Source of the DNA: Stegostoma tigrinum
Taxonomy: Eukaryota
NCBI RefSeq assembly: GCF_030684315.1
Contig: NC_081379.1
Coordinates: 44,969,404 to 45,033,403, forward strand
Reading direction: 5' to 3'
DNA length: 64,000 bases
A model generated the notes under the pieces. The model was not told the DNA's origin and searched no databases. It saw nothing but the letters and a program-made list of their open reading frames with translations. Positions 52,001 to 64,000 of the stretch are shown piece after piece; position 1 is the first letter of the stretch; each line of letters starts with the position of its first letter. The position numbers and the translations under genes were made by a program.

Positions 52001-52699
52001 ACTATTCGTGGTCCTAAATCTGTTCCACAAATACTGAATGCCTTGTTAGCATTAGCTTGTTTTGTCTCATTTTACTATCAGCAAAATAACACACAAATGC
52101 CATTGCTTAGCTTCTATGGTCAGGAGTAAAAACTATCAGGTATGTAAAACTATATGTAGAAATGTTGACGTTTTAGAATTGAAAGACTGATACCTCACTT
52201 TTAATTTGATAAATGCTCACTGGTTTTATGAGTTATAATTTTGGTTGGATAGAATATTATTTAGAATGAAACAATGTTTGCATTACATTGATTTTTGTTA
52301 TCTTCATCCAAAATTTCATGACACGCTAGGATAGTTTCTAGCAGCGCACCAGTTGAACATCACTGCTCTTGGTGGATGCACATCCTTCATAGGTGGCAGG
52401 AATGGAACTCCTTCTGTCTGCATGTTTCAGAGTGCAGTTCAAACCATGCAGTTCCTCCTGAAGCAGAGGTGCGTAGTTGAAATTAGTTAGTTGATCCCTA
52501 TATCAATGTCACTCTGATGAGATCTTCAAACTTTTATCAGGCTCGGTCACCTTCCCATGTAGCTGGGGTAGCTCTGTGTTCTGGATATCATTCTCTTACT
52601 CCTCTTCTACATCCTACTCTTCCTGTTCTTCCAATGAACTGTGCTCATCCAATGTTTCACCATTTTTGAAGGCCCATATGTTATTGAAAGCACGAGAAC

Positions 52700-54460
52700 A
52701 AGACCCTTCGATCACTGAGCAAGTTATTGCTGAGCAGGTGCTGCTTGATAGTACTGCTGACTACACCTACTGTCACTTTACTGATGATCAAGAGCAGAGT
52801 GATGGGCCAGTAATTTTCTGGGTTAGATTTACTCTGCTTTTTGTGTGTGGACATATCTGGGCAACTATCCACATTGTTTGGTAGCTACCAGTGTTGTAAC
52901 TGTATTGGAACAGCTTGGCTAGGAGAATGACAAGTTATGGAGCACAATTCTTCAGTTCTGTTGTCAGACTGTTATCACATTCCATAGATTTTGTAGTAGT
53001 GACTGCCTTCCATTTCTTGATATCATGTGGAGTAAATTGAATTGGCTAAACACTGACATCTGTGATGCTGGGAACAACTGCACGAGACTAAAGTGGATCA
53101 TCCAGTTGGCACTTTGGCCTGAAGATTGTTCACGTATTGGGCTTTTCTATCATTGAGGATGTGGATATTTGTGGTGGGTGGTAGGTGGCGGGGTCCTCCT
53201 TCAGTGAGTGGTTTAACTGTCCACCACCATTCATGAGTGGATGTGGTAGAACTGCAGAACTTAGATCTGATCCGTTGGTTGCAAGATCTCTTAGTTTTGC
53301 CTGTCACCTGATGCTTATGCTGTTTGGCACAAGTAGTCCTGTTTGGTAGTTTCACCATATCAACATCTCATTCTTAGGTATGCTTAGTGCGGTTTTTGGT
53401 GTGCATTCTTCCTGCGCTCTCCATTGAACTAGGATTGATCCCCGAGTAATAGTTGAGTGGGGCTATGCCAGGCCATAAGTTTTCAGATTCAGTTGGAGTA
53501 CGGTTCTGCTGCTATTGATGGACCACAACACCTCATGAATGTCCAGTCTTTAGTTGGAAGATCTATTCAATGTGAAAGCAGAACATCTTCTCCACAAGGA
53601 CTGTGGGATTGGCACTGTTACTGATATATCATGGACAGATACATCTTCAGTGGCCAGGTTGTAAAGGATGACGTCACGTATGGTTTTCTCTTTGTTGGTA
53701 CCCTTATTACCTGCTGCAAACCCAGTCTAGCAGCTTTTCCTTGAAGCACCTGACCAGCTCGATCAGTAGTGCTACTGCCAAGCCACTGTTCCTGGTGGAT
53801 ATTGAAATCCCCAATCCATTGTACATTTTGCATGCTTGCCACCCTCAGTACTTCCTCAACATGTAGGAGCACTGATTCATCAGCCAAGGGACTATGGTAT
53901 GTGATAATTAGCAGGAGGTGTCCTTACCTTTGCTAGGCCCTCATCTCTGCTGGGTCTAACGTCCTGCTGGTGGGACAGCACATATTCTGGAATGGTGGTG
54001 TCTATAAAATATGAATCTGTGAGCATGACAACATCAGGTTGTTGTTATTTTGACACTAGTCCTTAGATGTTACCGAGGAGGACTTTGCAGGGTCAACAAG
54101 GTTGTTTCAGCTGTTGTCTTTTCTGGATCCTGGGTCGATTCTAAGGGTCCATCTAATATCATTTCTTTGTTGAGACTTTGTAATGATTGATACAACTTAA
54201 TGGCTTCCTAGGCCATTTCAGGGGGCAGTTAAGAGTGATGTGGGTCTGGAGTCATATGTAGGCCAAACAAGCTGAGGATGACAAATTTCTTTCCCTGAAG
54301 GACGTTAGTGAGCTAGATAGGTTTTTATCACTATCAGGAAAGGTTTTGTAATCATCAGTAGATTCTTATTTCCAGATCTTTTAAAATTGAATTGAAATTC
54401 CACCAAGTGCCACGGCAGGATTTGAACCAGGCTGCCAGAACATTATCTGTGTTTCTGGAT
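52700..54460 (-). mobile_element. Family-B LINE (APE and start of RT)
   Basis: WIGDFNIHQEQWLGSSTTDRAGQVL and KQSKSNPENYWPITLLLIISKV..IKQHLLSNNLLSD. Confidence 0.75.
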
Positions 54461-57266
54461 TATGAGACTTAACTCCATTCCTTGGCATCAGAGTCCTTTT
54501 TGTGTCCTTCACCTTCTCTTTGTGCACAGGATGTTGTGCACCCTCGTTAGCTCTGGACACAAAGTATTTTAGTTTGTTTCCTTCTATAGAAATACTTAAC
54601 AAGATAATGTATTATTTAACCACTAGTCATCAACTGTTCCAATATAAGCAGCATCCTGAAAGCACACCCTTGGCAAAGGCAATTGAGCAACTCATTATTA
54701 TTCTCATGTGCTGTCTCTCTCTTCCTAGTCCGAAAGAAAGAAATACCAAACTAAACAATCTGCCCCTTTTTGATTTTTAGGAGGAATCCTCTAAGACTTC
54801 GCTCTAGCAGCATAGGACACAAGCTTTCGGCTCCAGCAGCCAGCAAAACCAAAGATCCTTTTGGGTCTGTGTGAGTCTGACCCTGCCCACTCATGATTCT
54901 TCACACCTGCTTGTGGTGAATCTTTTAAGACAATAGGCAAAATTTTACTAAGTAGGTATCTGACTATTCATTAAGTGAAACAACAGTTCTGTAAAGAAAA
55001 GTTGTAATTCCTTTGTGCAATTGTTTTAATCTATAATTGCTTCTAAGAATGTTTGAAAAGGATAACTTGATAATTATCTTTGGGAAGGCAGGATTAGCAC
55101 AGTCACTTGTTAAATGAAATTCTCTGCAAAATGTTTATTGAATAAAAAGTTATTGATCTAAGGTATTAATGGAAATTATTTATCTGTCCCGGAATTAAGG
55201 TTAACTTAAAATGTGGCTTTATTACTGGTTCTGTTATTGTGGGTGACATTCTTACTTTATCATTGGCAGTGTAGATTTCCTGTCATGAAACGACTTGGCT
55301 GCTGATAAGGTATTGTTATCTCCAGTCATTTTGGGAAAATCCATTGACCTTGTTGAAAGTGAAATTGTGCAGAAATAGCTAGTCAGCATGATAAACCCAA
55401 CCTTTTTTTTAAACCTTGCTACCAAAATTAATGATTTGATAAAATATGTGTCCTTGGAGTCACACACTTGGCCTGCTAATTTAAAAATGACATTCCAGTA
55501 ACACACCTAAAAAGTTAATGACATTAGAGATGATATAAAACCACCTGAATTAAAATGTGCATGAACAATATCAACACAATTAGGAGAATAAATTAGCAAC
55601 AGTAATCAAAGCCAAAATGAGAGAAAACATGCTTCAAAAGAGAGTGCAAAGGCTGAGACTAATACTGACTCTATAGTTGCAAGGAAATGTACATAAATAA
55701 AGCTTCAAAATGAAGTGGTCAATGTTTTCGATACAACAGAATTAAACAAAGCTTGAATGCAGTGAGTGGAAAAAAAGCAAATCAAAACAAGAAAGCTACT
55801 GAACATTAACAAAGTTAATGTATTAAAATCAATATTAAACATTCTTAGCTGAATATTGACATAATCTTAACAAAGTCCTTAAAAGAGGTTTTATTTAACA
55901 GAGAAATGAACTGCTTGCAAGAGAAAATTAAAAGAATAAATCAGGGATAAGAATGCAAAGTCAAGAAAGATCCAGAATTTACACTTGATAATATGAATGC
56001 ACTTATGTTGAAGGGCATCTTTGCTTTTTTTCTAAAGACTTGGGCAATAAATAAACATGAAAATGCAAAGGAAAAGGGAGATCACTGGCTGGATTGATTG
56101 TATTGGGGGTGGGAGAGATCTAGTGGGGTGGACTGCGTGCCCCCTTGGAAGAAAGGTCAGTTTTAAACTACTTGAGTAGTGAAAAGTCTGCCTCATAATA
56201 ATAAAACCTTGTTGGTAGCTAAAGCAAGCTATTTCATACCTCTGCCTCACCAGAAAGGATGCCCAAAACTTCAGAGCTACTGGCCAGTCTGATTAGGTCA
56301 ATTAATCTGCCTCCACGTCAATGTAGCACCAGAATTCCTTAAATGGTGCTGCTGGGACAACAAGGAGGCCCCCTGAGAGTTGTCAACTTGGGCCTTTTGG
56401 ACAATAAGGGATCAGACTCCCTAGGTATGTAGTGGGAGGTGGATTTTGAAGGACAGGTGTGAAGGAACAACAGGCGTGTAGTGTCTGAGCTGGGTGGTAT
56501 CCATGTGTGCACAAGGCAACCCAGAATCATATGTCTCAATTTGTTCTCATCTTTTCACCAACATTGTGAAAAAAGTGGACATTGAGCACCTGCCCACCTG
56601 TTTCTGCCCAGATATTAGTTATTTTAAGCAACCTATTGAGACATTTTATAACTCACACTTGAGGTAAGTGGAACTTGTCCCAGGATTCTAGTTCAAGCTC
56701 TACCACTGCACCAACATGATCGGCCACTTAATGCTTTCAGTAGGCTTAAGTTGGTCAGGCTTGAGGATGTCATAAAATAGGGAGCAGATTGCAGCTGGGC
56801 AAGAAGTGGGTGGATTGGCAACACCTTGTATTTTATGTATCTTCCTTTTGCTGCAAATCATCTTTGTGGGGACCTGTAAATTCAGACACAGGAATTACAC
56901 AAATGAACAAAGTGGTTCAGACAGAGGAAGTCCTTATGTTAATTTTATGTCAAGCTTTAAAGGAAAACAAAGAAAATTGACAAATACAAATGCGAAGAAA
57001 AAATATGATAGGAAATTTTAGCTTGGATTCCAATACACAGCCACCAGTCCATCAGTACCCAAAAAAAGATGGTTTACCAGCTAGCAGCAGTGTCGTTCTT
57101 CACAAAGTTGTGCACCAACAAATTGTAAAACCTTTGCACATGTCAAAAATGCCAGCCTAGGGTCTTAATGGTACAATGCAGTGTGAAAATAGTAACATAC
57201 AGACAGCAAATCCAAGGTACTAGAGTTTAAACCCTTTTATTCCAAGAAAAGTTCAAAACACATTGG

Positions 57267-57490
57267 TGTAGTGATTGGAATGAAGTCAGCTAGGTGAACC
57301 TTATAGAATATGAATTCCCTGATTAGGGCTGTTAACTTGGTCCAATCAGGGAGCCATGACTGACAGATATAAACAGGAGTGTCAGAGATTCTGTTCATTC
57401 TGGAAGCCAGTTTTGAGCAGTGTCATACACTATACATGCATAAATAAAGGGTGACCTGGTGATGGGAGACTGGGCTTCATGAACAGATTT
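57267..57490 (+). mobile_element. Solo LTR related to the Gypsy element at 9478
   Basis: TGTAGTGATTGGAATGAAGTCAGCTAGGTG..GGTCCAATCAGG..TGACAGATATAAA aligns with the reverse complement of 9478-9659. Confidence 0.75.
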
Positions 57491-57914
57491 TGATGCTCCA
57501 TCCATATATAGTAAAAATTGTGTGTATTATGAGTCAAAGCAATGTGATTGTAGATGCTCTTTCAATAATTCAAAGAGGAAAGGAGCAGTAAAACTGTCTT
57601 AAAACAAGGTTTTTGGCACAACCAACCAATTTTCACCTTCTTCTCATCCTCATTAGCACCTGTTTTTCTCCCTGGTTTATCATTATCCATTTTTTTTGGT
57701 CTGCCTAAATATCTTTCTTTTCCTTTGAACTCTGTTTCCACCAGTTGCATAATCCAATACGCCCCACCCCTTGTCTTCTGCATATATGCCTTCACTTTCT
57801 AGCTGTAATCAGTTCAGAAGTAGGGTCACTGGACTTGAAATTTTCACTCTGCTTTCTGTCTTCAACTGTTGCCAGACTTAGTTTTCTCCAGGAAATTCTT
57901 TTTTTGTTTATTTT

Positions 57915-58375
57915 ATTTAAGTAAGGATGTTATGCTTCATTTATGTGAGACTTTAATGAGACCACATCTCTCACACTGTGGAGTTTAGTCTACTAACTTA
58001 TGGAATGATGTAAATGTGTTGTAGGTGGTTCAGAAGAGGTTCAACACTAGGTTAATGGCTGGACTGAGCAGATTGCCACATGAGGAAAGGTTGAACTTGC
58101 TTTCACTGTAACTTAGAAGAGTGAAGAGTGACTTTATTGAAGAAATAAAATCCTGAAAATTCTCGACAAAGTGGATGTGGAAAGGATGTTGCCTCTTGTG
58201 GGTGACTCCAGATCTGTTTTAAAATCAGGATTTGCCGCGTGAGGAGACATGTTTTCTCTCATTAAGATGTATGACTTTGCAATTCTCTGCCTCAGCAGGT
58301 GGTGAAGGTTGGCCTCATTTAATATTTTTAAGACAGAAGTGGATAGATTCTTGTTTGGCAATGGTATCAAAGGTT
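57915..58375 (+). mobile_element. CR1 3' fragment, resuming at about 58856-58960 after SINE insertions
   Basis: Decayed LMRPHL, VVQKRF and NIFKTEVDRFL. Confidence 0.65.
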
Positions 58376-58404
58376 AGTTCAGCAAAAGCCATCCAGCTGC
58401 TATA

Positions 58405-58855
58405 GTGAATCGAACAGCTTCTCGGTTGGTTCTGGATGCTTGGTTTGTGATGCGGAGTAACGCCAACAATGCAAATTCAGTTCCCATAATGGCTGATGTC
58501 ACCATGAAACCACTTCATCTCGCACGTCATCTGAGAAATGGTGACCCTCAGGTTAAACTCAATATCCGTTATCTCTCTATATTGAGTGAGCAGACCTGTG
58601 ACCCTTTGGGACTATGATGACTTGAAGGGGGTTTTGGTTAGCTGACTTTGCTAGATTTTTTCTGATACAAAGTGATGCCAACAACTTGAGTTCAGTTTTA
58701 GTACCAGTTGAGGTCAACATTGAGGTCATACCTTCTTAACCTTGACCCTTATGTGAGGCATGGTGATACTCAGACTTAACTACCTACTGCTGTCTCTCTC
58801 TCTCTCTCTCTCATGAGAGAGCAACCCTCTGGGACAATGGTAACTTTATCTTTAC
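58405..58855 (+). mobile_element. Two tandem tRNA-derived SINE copies
   Basis: About 58410-58625 and 58630-58855 both align with 42386-42585; the second has a (CT)n expansion. Confidence 0.6.
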
Positions 58856-59639
58856 CAAAGATATTGGGAGTGGATGGGAAACAGACAGATCAGCCATAAT
58901 CTTATTAAATGGTGACCTGGGGTGATGTGCAAATGGTGTACCACTGCCTTTTATTTGTACGTGCTGTATTAGTTATTCATTGCTTTCTGTTGGGCTTAAA
59001 TAATGGTTAATAGGTTTGAATGAGATGTGTGATCTGAGACTTGAATTGACTGGAATACACAAATAATTATTTGTTTTATGCTCAATATTTAAATTTATAA
59101 ACTCACCATAGGTTACCGATGTATGGATCATTAATGCTGAAACAGATGTTTTAGAATGTTAAACAGATGATTCAAATATTAAACCATTCTTCTAAAATGT
59201 GTCTTATCATTGTTATATATAGTAGCAACGTTTAAAATAGATACCAAACAATGCTTTTCAGGATTCATTCCTTAACAAAGATAAACAGACTGAAATAGTA
59301 ACTTAATGATCTGTTTATCTGAATAAAGTCCGCTCCTCAATTAAAAAATTCTACTTTGTATTAACTTACACGTAAAAATACATGGTTCTTAAATGTGTTT
59401 GTTTTGAAGTTAAAATAGTCCAAGCTGTTGTGAATGTCCTTGGCAAGTGACTATTCTAAAATTTCCTGCATTTGGTGGATATAAAGGATGTTATTGTAGA
59501 TCAAACCGCTGAAGCCTCCAAAAATTCTTTCAAAAACAGGGGTCCGCCTACATGATGAATATGAAATGTGAACCACAAGTGTGAATGGTCACCATTTTGA
59601 GATGTGAAAGAAAATACAGTAATTTGGCTGTGATGCATT

Positions 59640-60760
59640 TTATTGAATTAATTCATTCTATGAAAATACTTTATCATAATCAAGGCCTTTTATACCATCA
59701 AATTATATTTTGGAATCTGATGTAAGGAGTTCATCAAATTGAATTTGAGTCTGCCTTGCTACGGTATCATCATAAGGATCTCACCCTGGAATGGACATTT
59801 CAACATCATCACCAAATCGTCTCCACTTCATTGGCTATTCAGCATTGTTTGTATGATCAGATGACATGAGTAGCATCCCATGATCTAATGAAGAAAAAGT
59901 ATAGACCTGAAGAGAGGTAATACTCGTGTTTCCAATTGGGTGAATGTTCTTTTCTTCACCAACTCCATTCAGGTCAAATATGATCCTTGCAAGGTTTATT
60001 GAAGCGCACCTCTAAAGGCTGTTTTATGGACATTAGAACCCCTGGATGTAAGCTCAGTTTGGATGTTATTTCTTGAAATGGCCCTTTTAACCTCATCAAT
60101 TATTTAGGATTAAATATGTCCTGCACGAATGAACTACATTCTTTGCATAGGCTACCAGGACCCTATTCTACACATTATCAGTCAACAACATTTCTGCATA
60201 TCATCCATCATTTGTTTTCATAGATGTATGCAGAAACTTTTTCATGGAACTCAATTCCTAGCAATTCTTTACTTTTGAAGATTAGCATAGGTTTTATTTT
60301 CGTTCTATTGGCCCTGAAAATTATATCACTGTGAATTGTGTCTTCTTTGTGCTCTGTGATTTTCTATAGAATTGATTTTGAGCCTTTCCACGCCACAGTT
60401 TGGCTGATAGTGAGATCTGTTAAGGCCTTTTAATAGTCTTTGAGAGATCTTTGACTTCTGCCACAATGCTATACCTGTATGTGATTTTGAAATCTTTGCT
60501 GAACTCAGGACTTCTTTGATCCGCTTAAGTGTGTTCTGGTATTGATGGAACCATTTTGACAATTTTCAAGGACTCATACCAACATATGCATCTTAAGTCA
60601 GGACATTAGCTAGTCCTGCCTCTAATAACACATTTGCTGTCAGGCATCTTCAGAAAAAATTCCTTCGGCTTCAATTCCAATACCAGCTTTTTTTCACAAA
60701 CTCAAAATTCTATCAATTCCACAGATACTTCATGAGTTAGCATGTTACAACTTTTAACTT
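59640..60760 (-). mobile_element. Decayed pogo/Tigger-type DDE transposase
   Basis: Minus-strand HPGVLMSIKQPLEVRFNKPCKDH (compare pogo IPGGLTSxLQPLDVxxNKPFK), preceded by PGSLCKECSSFVQD and a WM-like motif; many stops and frameshifts. Confidence 0.55.
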
Positions 60761-61419
60761 GAAACTAGTTTCCTGCTTAATTTATTTATTGGAACACTCA
60801 TTTCTTTGCCTTTCATCATGTGTGGCCTGTTCTGTGTGGATGTCTCTTTAATTGTGGCATGTCTTTGCAACATGGCCTATATTGCCTGCTCACTGTAAAA
60901 GTTTACAGCTTTGAGTTTGGTTTCATTTTAATGGTGCGAATGGTAACGTATATGGAGACTGGTGCAAACATCAGTGGCAAAGTAGGTTTTGTAAGTATAT
61001 AACTTGCTACACCAAGTAGCTTTACATCCAGTTATGAAGTGGCAGAATATAAAATGCACATTTGGTGAGTGAAAAATCAAACCAGACTAGTAGTAAACAG
61101 CATTCCATGGCTGAAGTAGCTGTATTATACATATTTTCCAGTAAACCTGTTCTGAGGTGTTATGACACACCTCTGGAACAGGTGGGACTTGAACCTGGGA
61201 TCTCCTGGTCCGCAGGTAGGGACACCACCACTGCAGACCAAGAATCTAATAGGTGGGGTTGCCTTGTATGCTGAGTGTGTGGAAAAACATCAGTTTTAGG
61301 GCCAAAAGAATGTAGTTGTTTTGTACACCAGCCTGATTTACATGCATTGATCTATGTAACAAAGATGACTTCCAGATTTAGAACATTAAGTTGTGAAGAT
61401 AAACTTGAAGAAGTAAATT

Positions 61420-62058
61420 TCTGATGCTGGAGTCTGAGATAACAAGGTGTGGAGTTGGAGGAACACAGAAGACCAGGCAGCATCGGAGGAGCAGGAAAGC
61501 TGATGATTCAGGTCTGGACATTTTCTTCAGAAGTGGAGGAGGGGAAGGGGGCTCTGAAATAAATAGAGCAGGGGATACAAGGTGGATAGTGGAATGGGAG
61601 AGAAGACAGACAGGTCAAGGAGGCGAGGAGGAGAGGGGGGCTGCTCTTGGGATGAAGTCCGGGGTAGGGAGATTTTGGAAGCCAGTTCGTCCAGTTTCTG
61701 GGTGGCGTTGTTGTGACACTGGAGGAGGCCCAGGATGGATGTGCCATTCCAGAGAGTGAGAGGGGGAGTTGAAGTGCTTCGTGACTGAGAGGTGTTGTCA
61801 TTTGTTGCAAACCAAGTGTAGGTGCTCCACAAAGTGGTCTCTGAGCCTCTGCTTGGTCTCCCTGATGTAGAGGAGACCACATCAGGAACAGCGGATACAA
61901 TAGACCACATTAACAGATGTGCAGGTGAACATCCTTTTAATGTGGAAGTTTTTTTTGGGGTCTGGGATGGAGGTGAGGTGGGAGGTTTAGCGGCAGGTCT
62001 TGCACCTCCTGCAGTTGCAGGGAAAGGTGCAGGGGTGGTGGGGCTAGTGGGGAACCAG
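61420..62058 (-). mobile_element. PLE (Neptune-type) Cys-linker, GIY-YIG and tail
   Basis: PGTFPCNCRRCKTC-like linker, SILGLLQCHNNATQKL; homologous to 23800-24540. Confidence 0.8.
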
Positions 62059-63384
62059 CTTATAGGAACCATGGCTCCAGAAACAGAAGATGTGGTTATT
62101 CCTGTGGCCGCTTGTTCAAGGCATGATCACATGAATGGGTGAGGAATACATGTATCAGGAAGACCGGGACCAACATCAACCTCCAAAGGATGTTGAAACT
62201 TCCAACATTAGGCATCGTTGTAATGTGGCCAAGATGCAGTGAGTATGCAAGATAGCCACAGTTGTATGTCTTCCATGGGATGTGATGCAGTTGAGGAAAG
62301 ATCAGTAACACTATACTTTTATCCAGATGTAGCTGTCAGAATGCCATATAATGCTGTCCAGAGAATCAGTTATATAACATGTTCTTTCAACAAAGCTACC
62401 AAGGACATTGAATGGCCCCTCCACATTAGGTTTTCTTGCATCTCTGGGGCTTCACAAGCGCTATCTAGCAAAAAGATCCTTGGAATCTCTGCTTCAGACA
62501 ACAGAGTGACGCACCAAAGCTACCGGATAGACATTGGGGTCTGTGAGAGTTGCACCATTGCTGCAACAGTGCTGTGGCAAGTAGAATCATAAGGGTGATC
62601 TTCAGACAGAACAGAATCTTCAGCATCTTAAAGTGTAGCAGCTTGAGACAAAACAACATAGGCAAGACTTCTTTTTGATTGGAACTCCTTGTTCAATGGA
62701 ACTGAATTGCTAGAATTAATCTTTCACTGGCTATAAATGTTCTGGTGCTGTTGAGGCCAGCATCCCATATATAATCCCAGCTGTAAATGCAGTTTAACAG
62801 TTATATCTTTTTATGCTGATTAATAAAAGTTAATATTACATAACATCAGATGTTTCCATATTCAGTTACAACAAGGTTTCAAGCTAGCATTGTCAGCCAG
62901 TATTAGACTATTGTGCAATGCAAAGGATGACCAGCCTCTCTACTTTCAAGCTTGTAAAGTGACATATTATCAACTGTGTGAGTTTATAAAATGAACATGC
63001 ATTTACAATGAAGTATCACCCGTTACACCTGTGTGTCCTGATTAAGTGTTCTTTTCCTTTCCATCCTGCTGTGTCTAGGTGCAGCACCAGTGCGCACTAG
63101 AAGGGAGCATACTCTGTAGTGGAGCACGTTGGTTTTGGAGGTTTGGTTGAATAACCTTGATGGCTTGGCAGGTGGGGGTGAGTAGTGCTGTTGATAGTGA
63201 TAATGGTGGTTGCTATGCATAGGAAAGAGCAGGGTTATGACTAGAGGGCCCCAGACATCCAGAGTGTGCTTGCCTAGCTGCAGGTTCACTTGCCTTAGCT
63301 TAAGTTCAATAGTGTTGATTGGGGTAGACAATGTGGAAGTGGAGGACCTAGATGTCTTTGGAGTGTCCTGAGAGGAGACTTCGG

Positions 63385-64000
63385 GGAGATCTGCGTGCGG
63401 TCTCTTCTGGCTGGGTGCCTACTTGTTCATTTCTGAGGAACGGATTGAATAAAGGCGACTACAGAAGTATGAGGGAGGAGCTGGGCAGAATTGACTGGAA
63501 GAGGAGCCGAGCAGGAAAGACAGTGGAACAGCAATGGCAGGAGTTTCTGGTAGTAATTTAGGAGACATGGCAAAAAATTTTCCCTCGGAAAAAGAAGCCT
63601 GGGACAGGGAGGATGATGCAACCATGCTGACTAAGGAAGTCAGGGATAGCATAAAAGCAAAAGAGAAAGCATATAATGTGGCGAAGGGCAGTGGGAAACC
63701 AGAAGATTGGGAAGCTTACAAAGACCAAGGGAGGACAACAAAAAAAAAGGAGAGAGATTAAATATGAGGGCAAGCTAGCCAGTAATACAAATGAAACTGT
63801 AAGAGTTTCTTTAAATATATAAAGGGCAAAAGAGAGGCAAAAGTAGACATTGGACCACTGGAAAATGATGCTGGAAAGAATGTAGTGGGGAACAAGGAAA
63901 TGGCTGAGGAACTGAATAATTACTTTGTGTCAGTCTTTGTGGTGGATAACACGAGTAATATCCCAAAAGTTCAAGAGAGTCAGGGGGCACAGCTGAGTGT
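63385..64000 (+). mobile_element. CR1 ORF2 fragment running off the window
   Basis: LNKGDYRSMREELGRIDW, LTKEVRDSIKAKEKAYNVAK, MAEELNNYFVSVF. Confidence 0.85.

Noticed and set aside
56789-57021. TEEVLMLILCQALKE as a possible next RSPH14 exon
   Set aside because: No convincing acceptor or donor, and only superficial similarity.
62200-63380. Possible PIF/Harbinger remnants (also 45250-45900, 49600-50060, 51130-51720)
   Set aside because: Composition is suggestive, but no diagnostic motif could be read; not supportable without a profile search.

Overview
This is AT-rich, repeat-dense vertebrate genomic DNA. The repeat set (HE1-like V-SINEs, CR1, Rex1/Babar, Penelope-like and Gypsy elements) suggests a cartilaginous fish, probably a shark (inference). 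The window holds the promoter and the first three coding exons (199, 103 and 119 nt, + strand) of RSPH14/RTDR1, with an RFX X-box about 115 nt upstream of the ATG. After 30584 no further host exon was recognised, so the rest reads as intron filled with nested, decayed transposons. The standout is a ~1.5-kb composite insertion at 46557-48050, flanked by a target-site duplication. Two inverted Penelope-like (PLE) tails, each with a hammerhead-ribozyme motif, enclose an intact, unspliced, GC-rich PGAM2-type first exon plus its intronic minisatellite, which folds back into a perfect 33-bp hairpin. This looks like PLE-mediated capture of a host gene exon. Other PLE insertions in the window share the inverted-tail, long-TSD architecture and act as internal controls. 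Most repeat boundaries were read by eye and are approximate.
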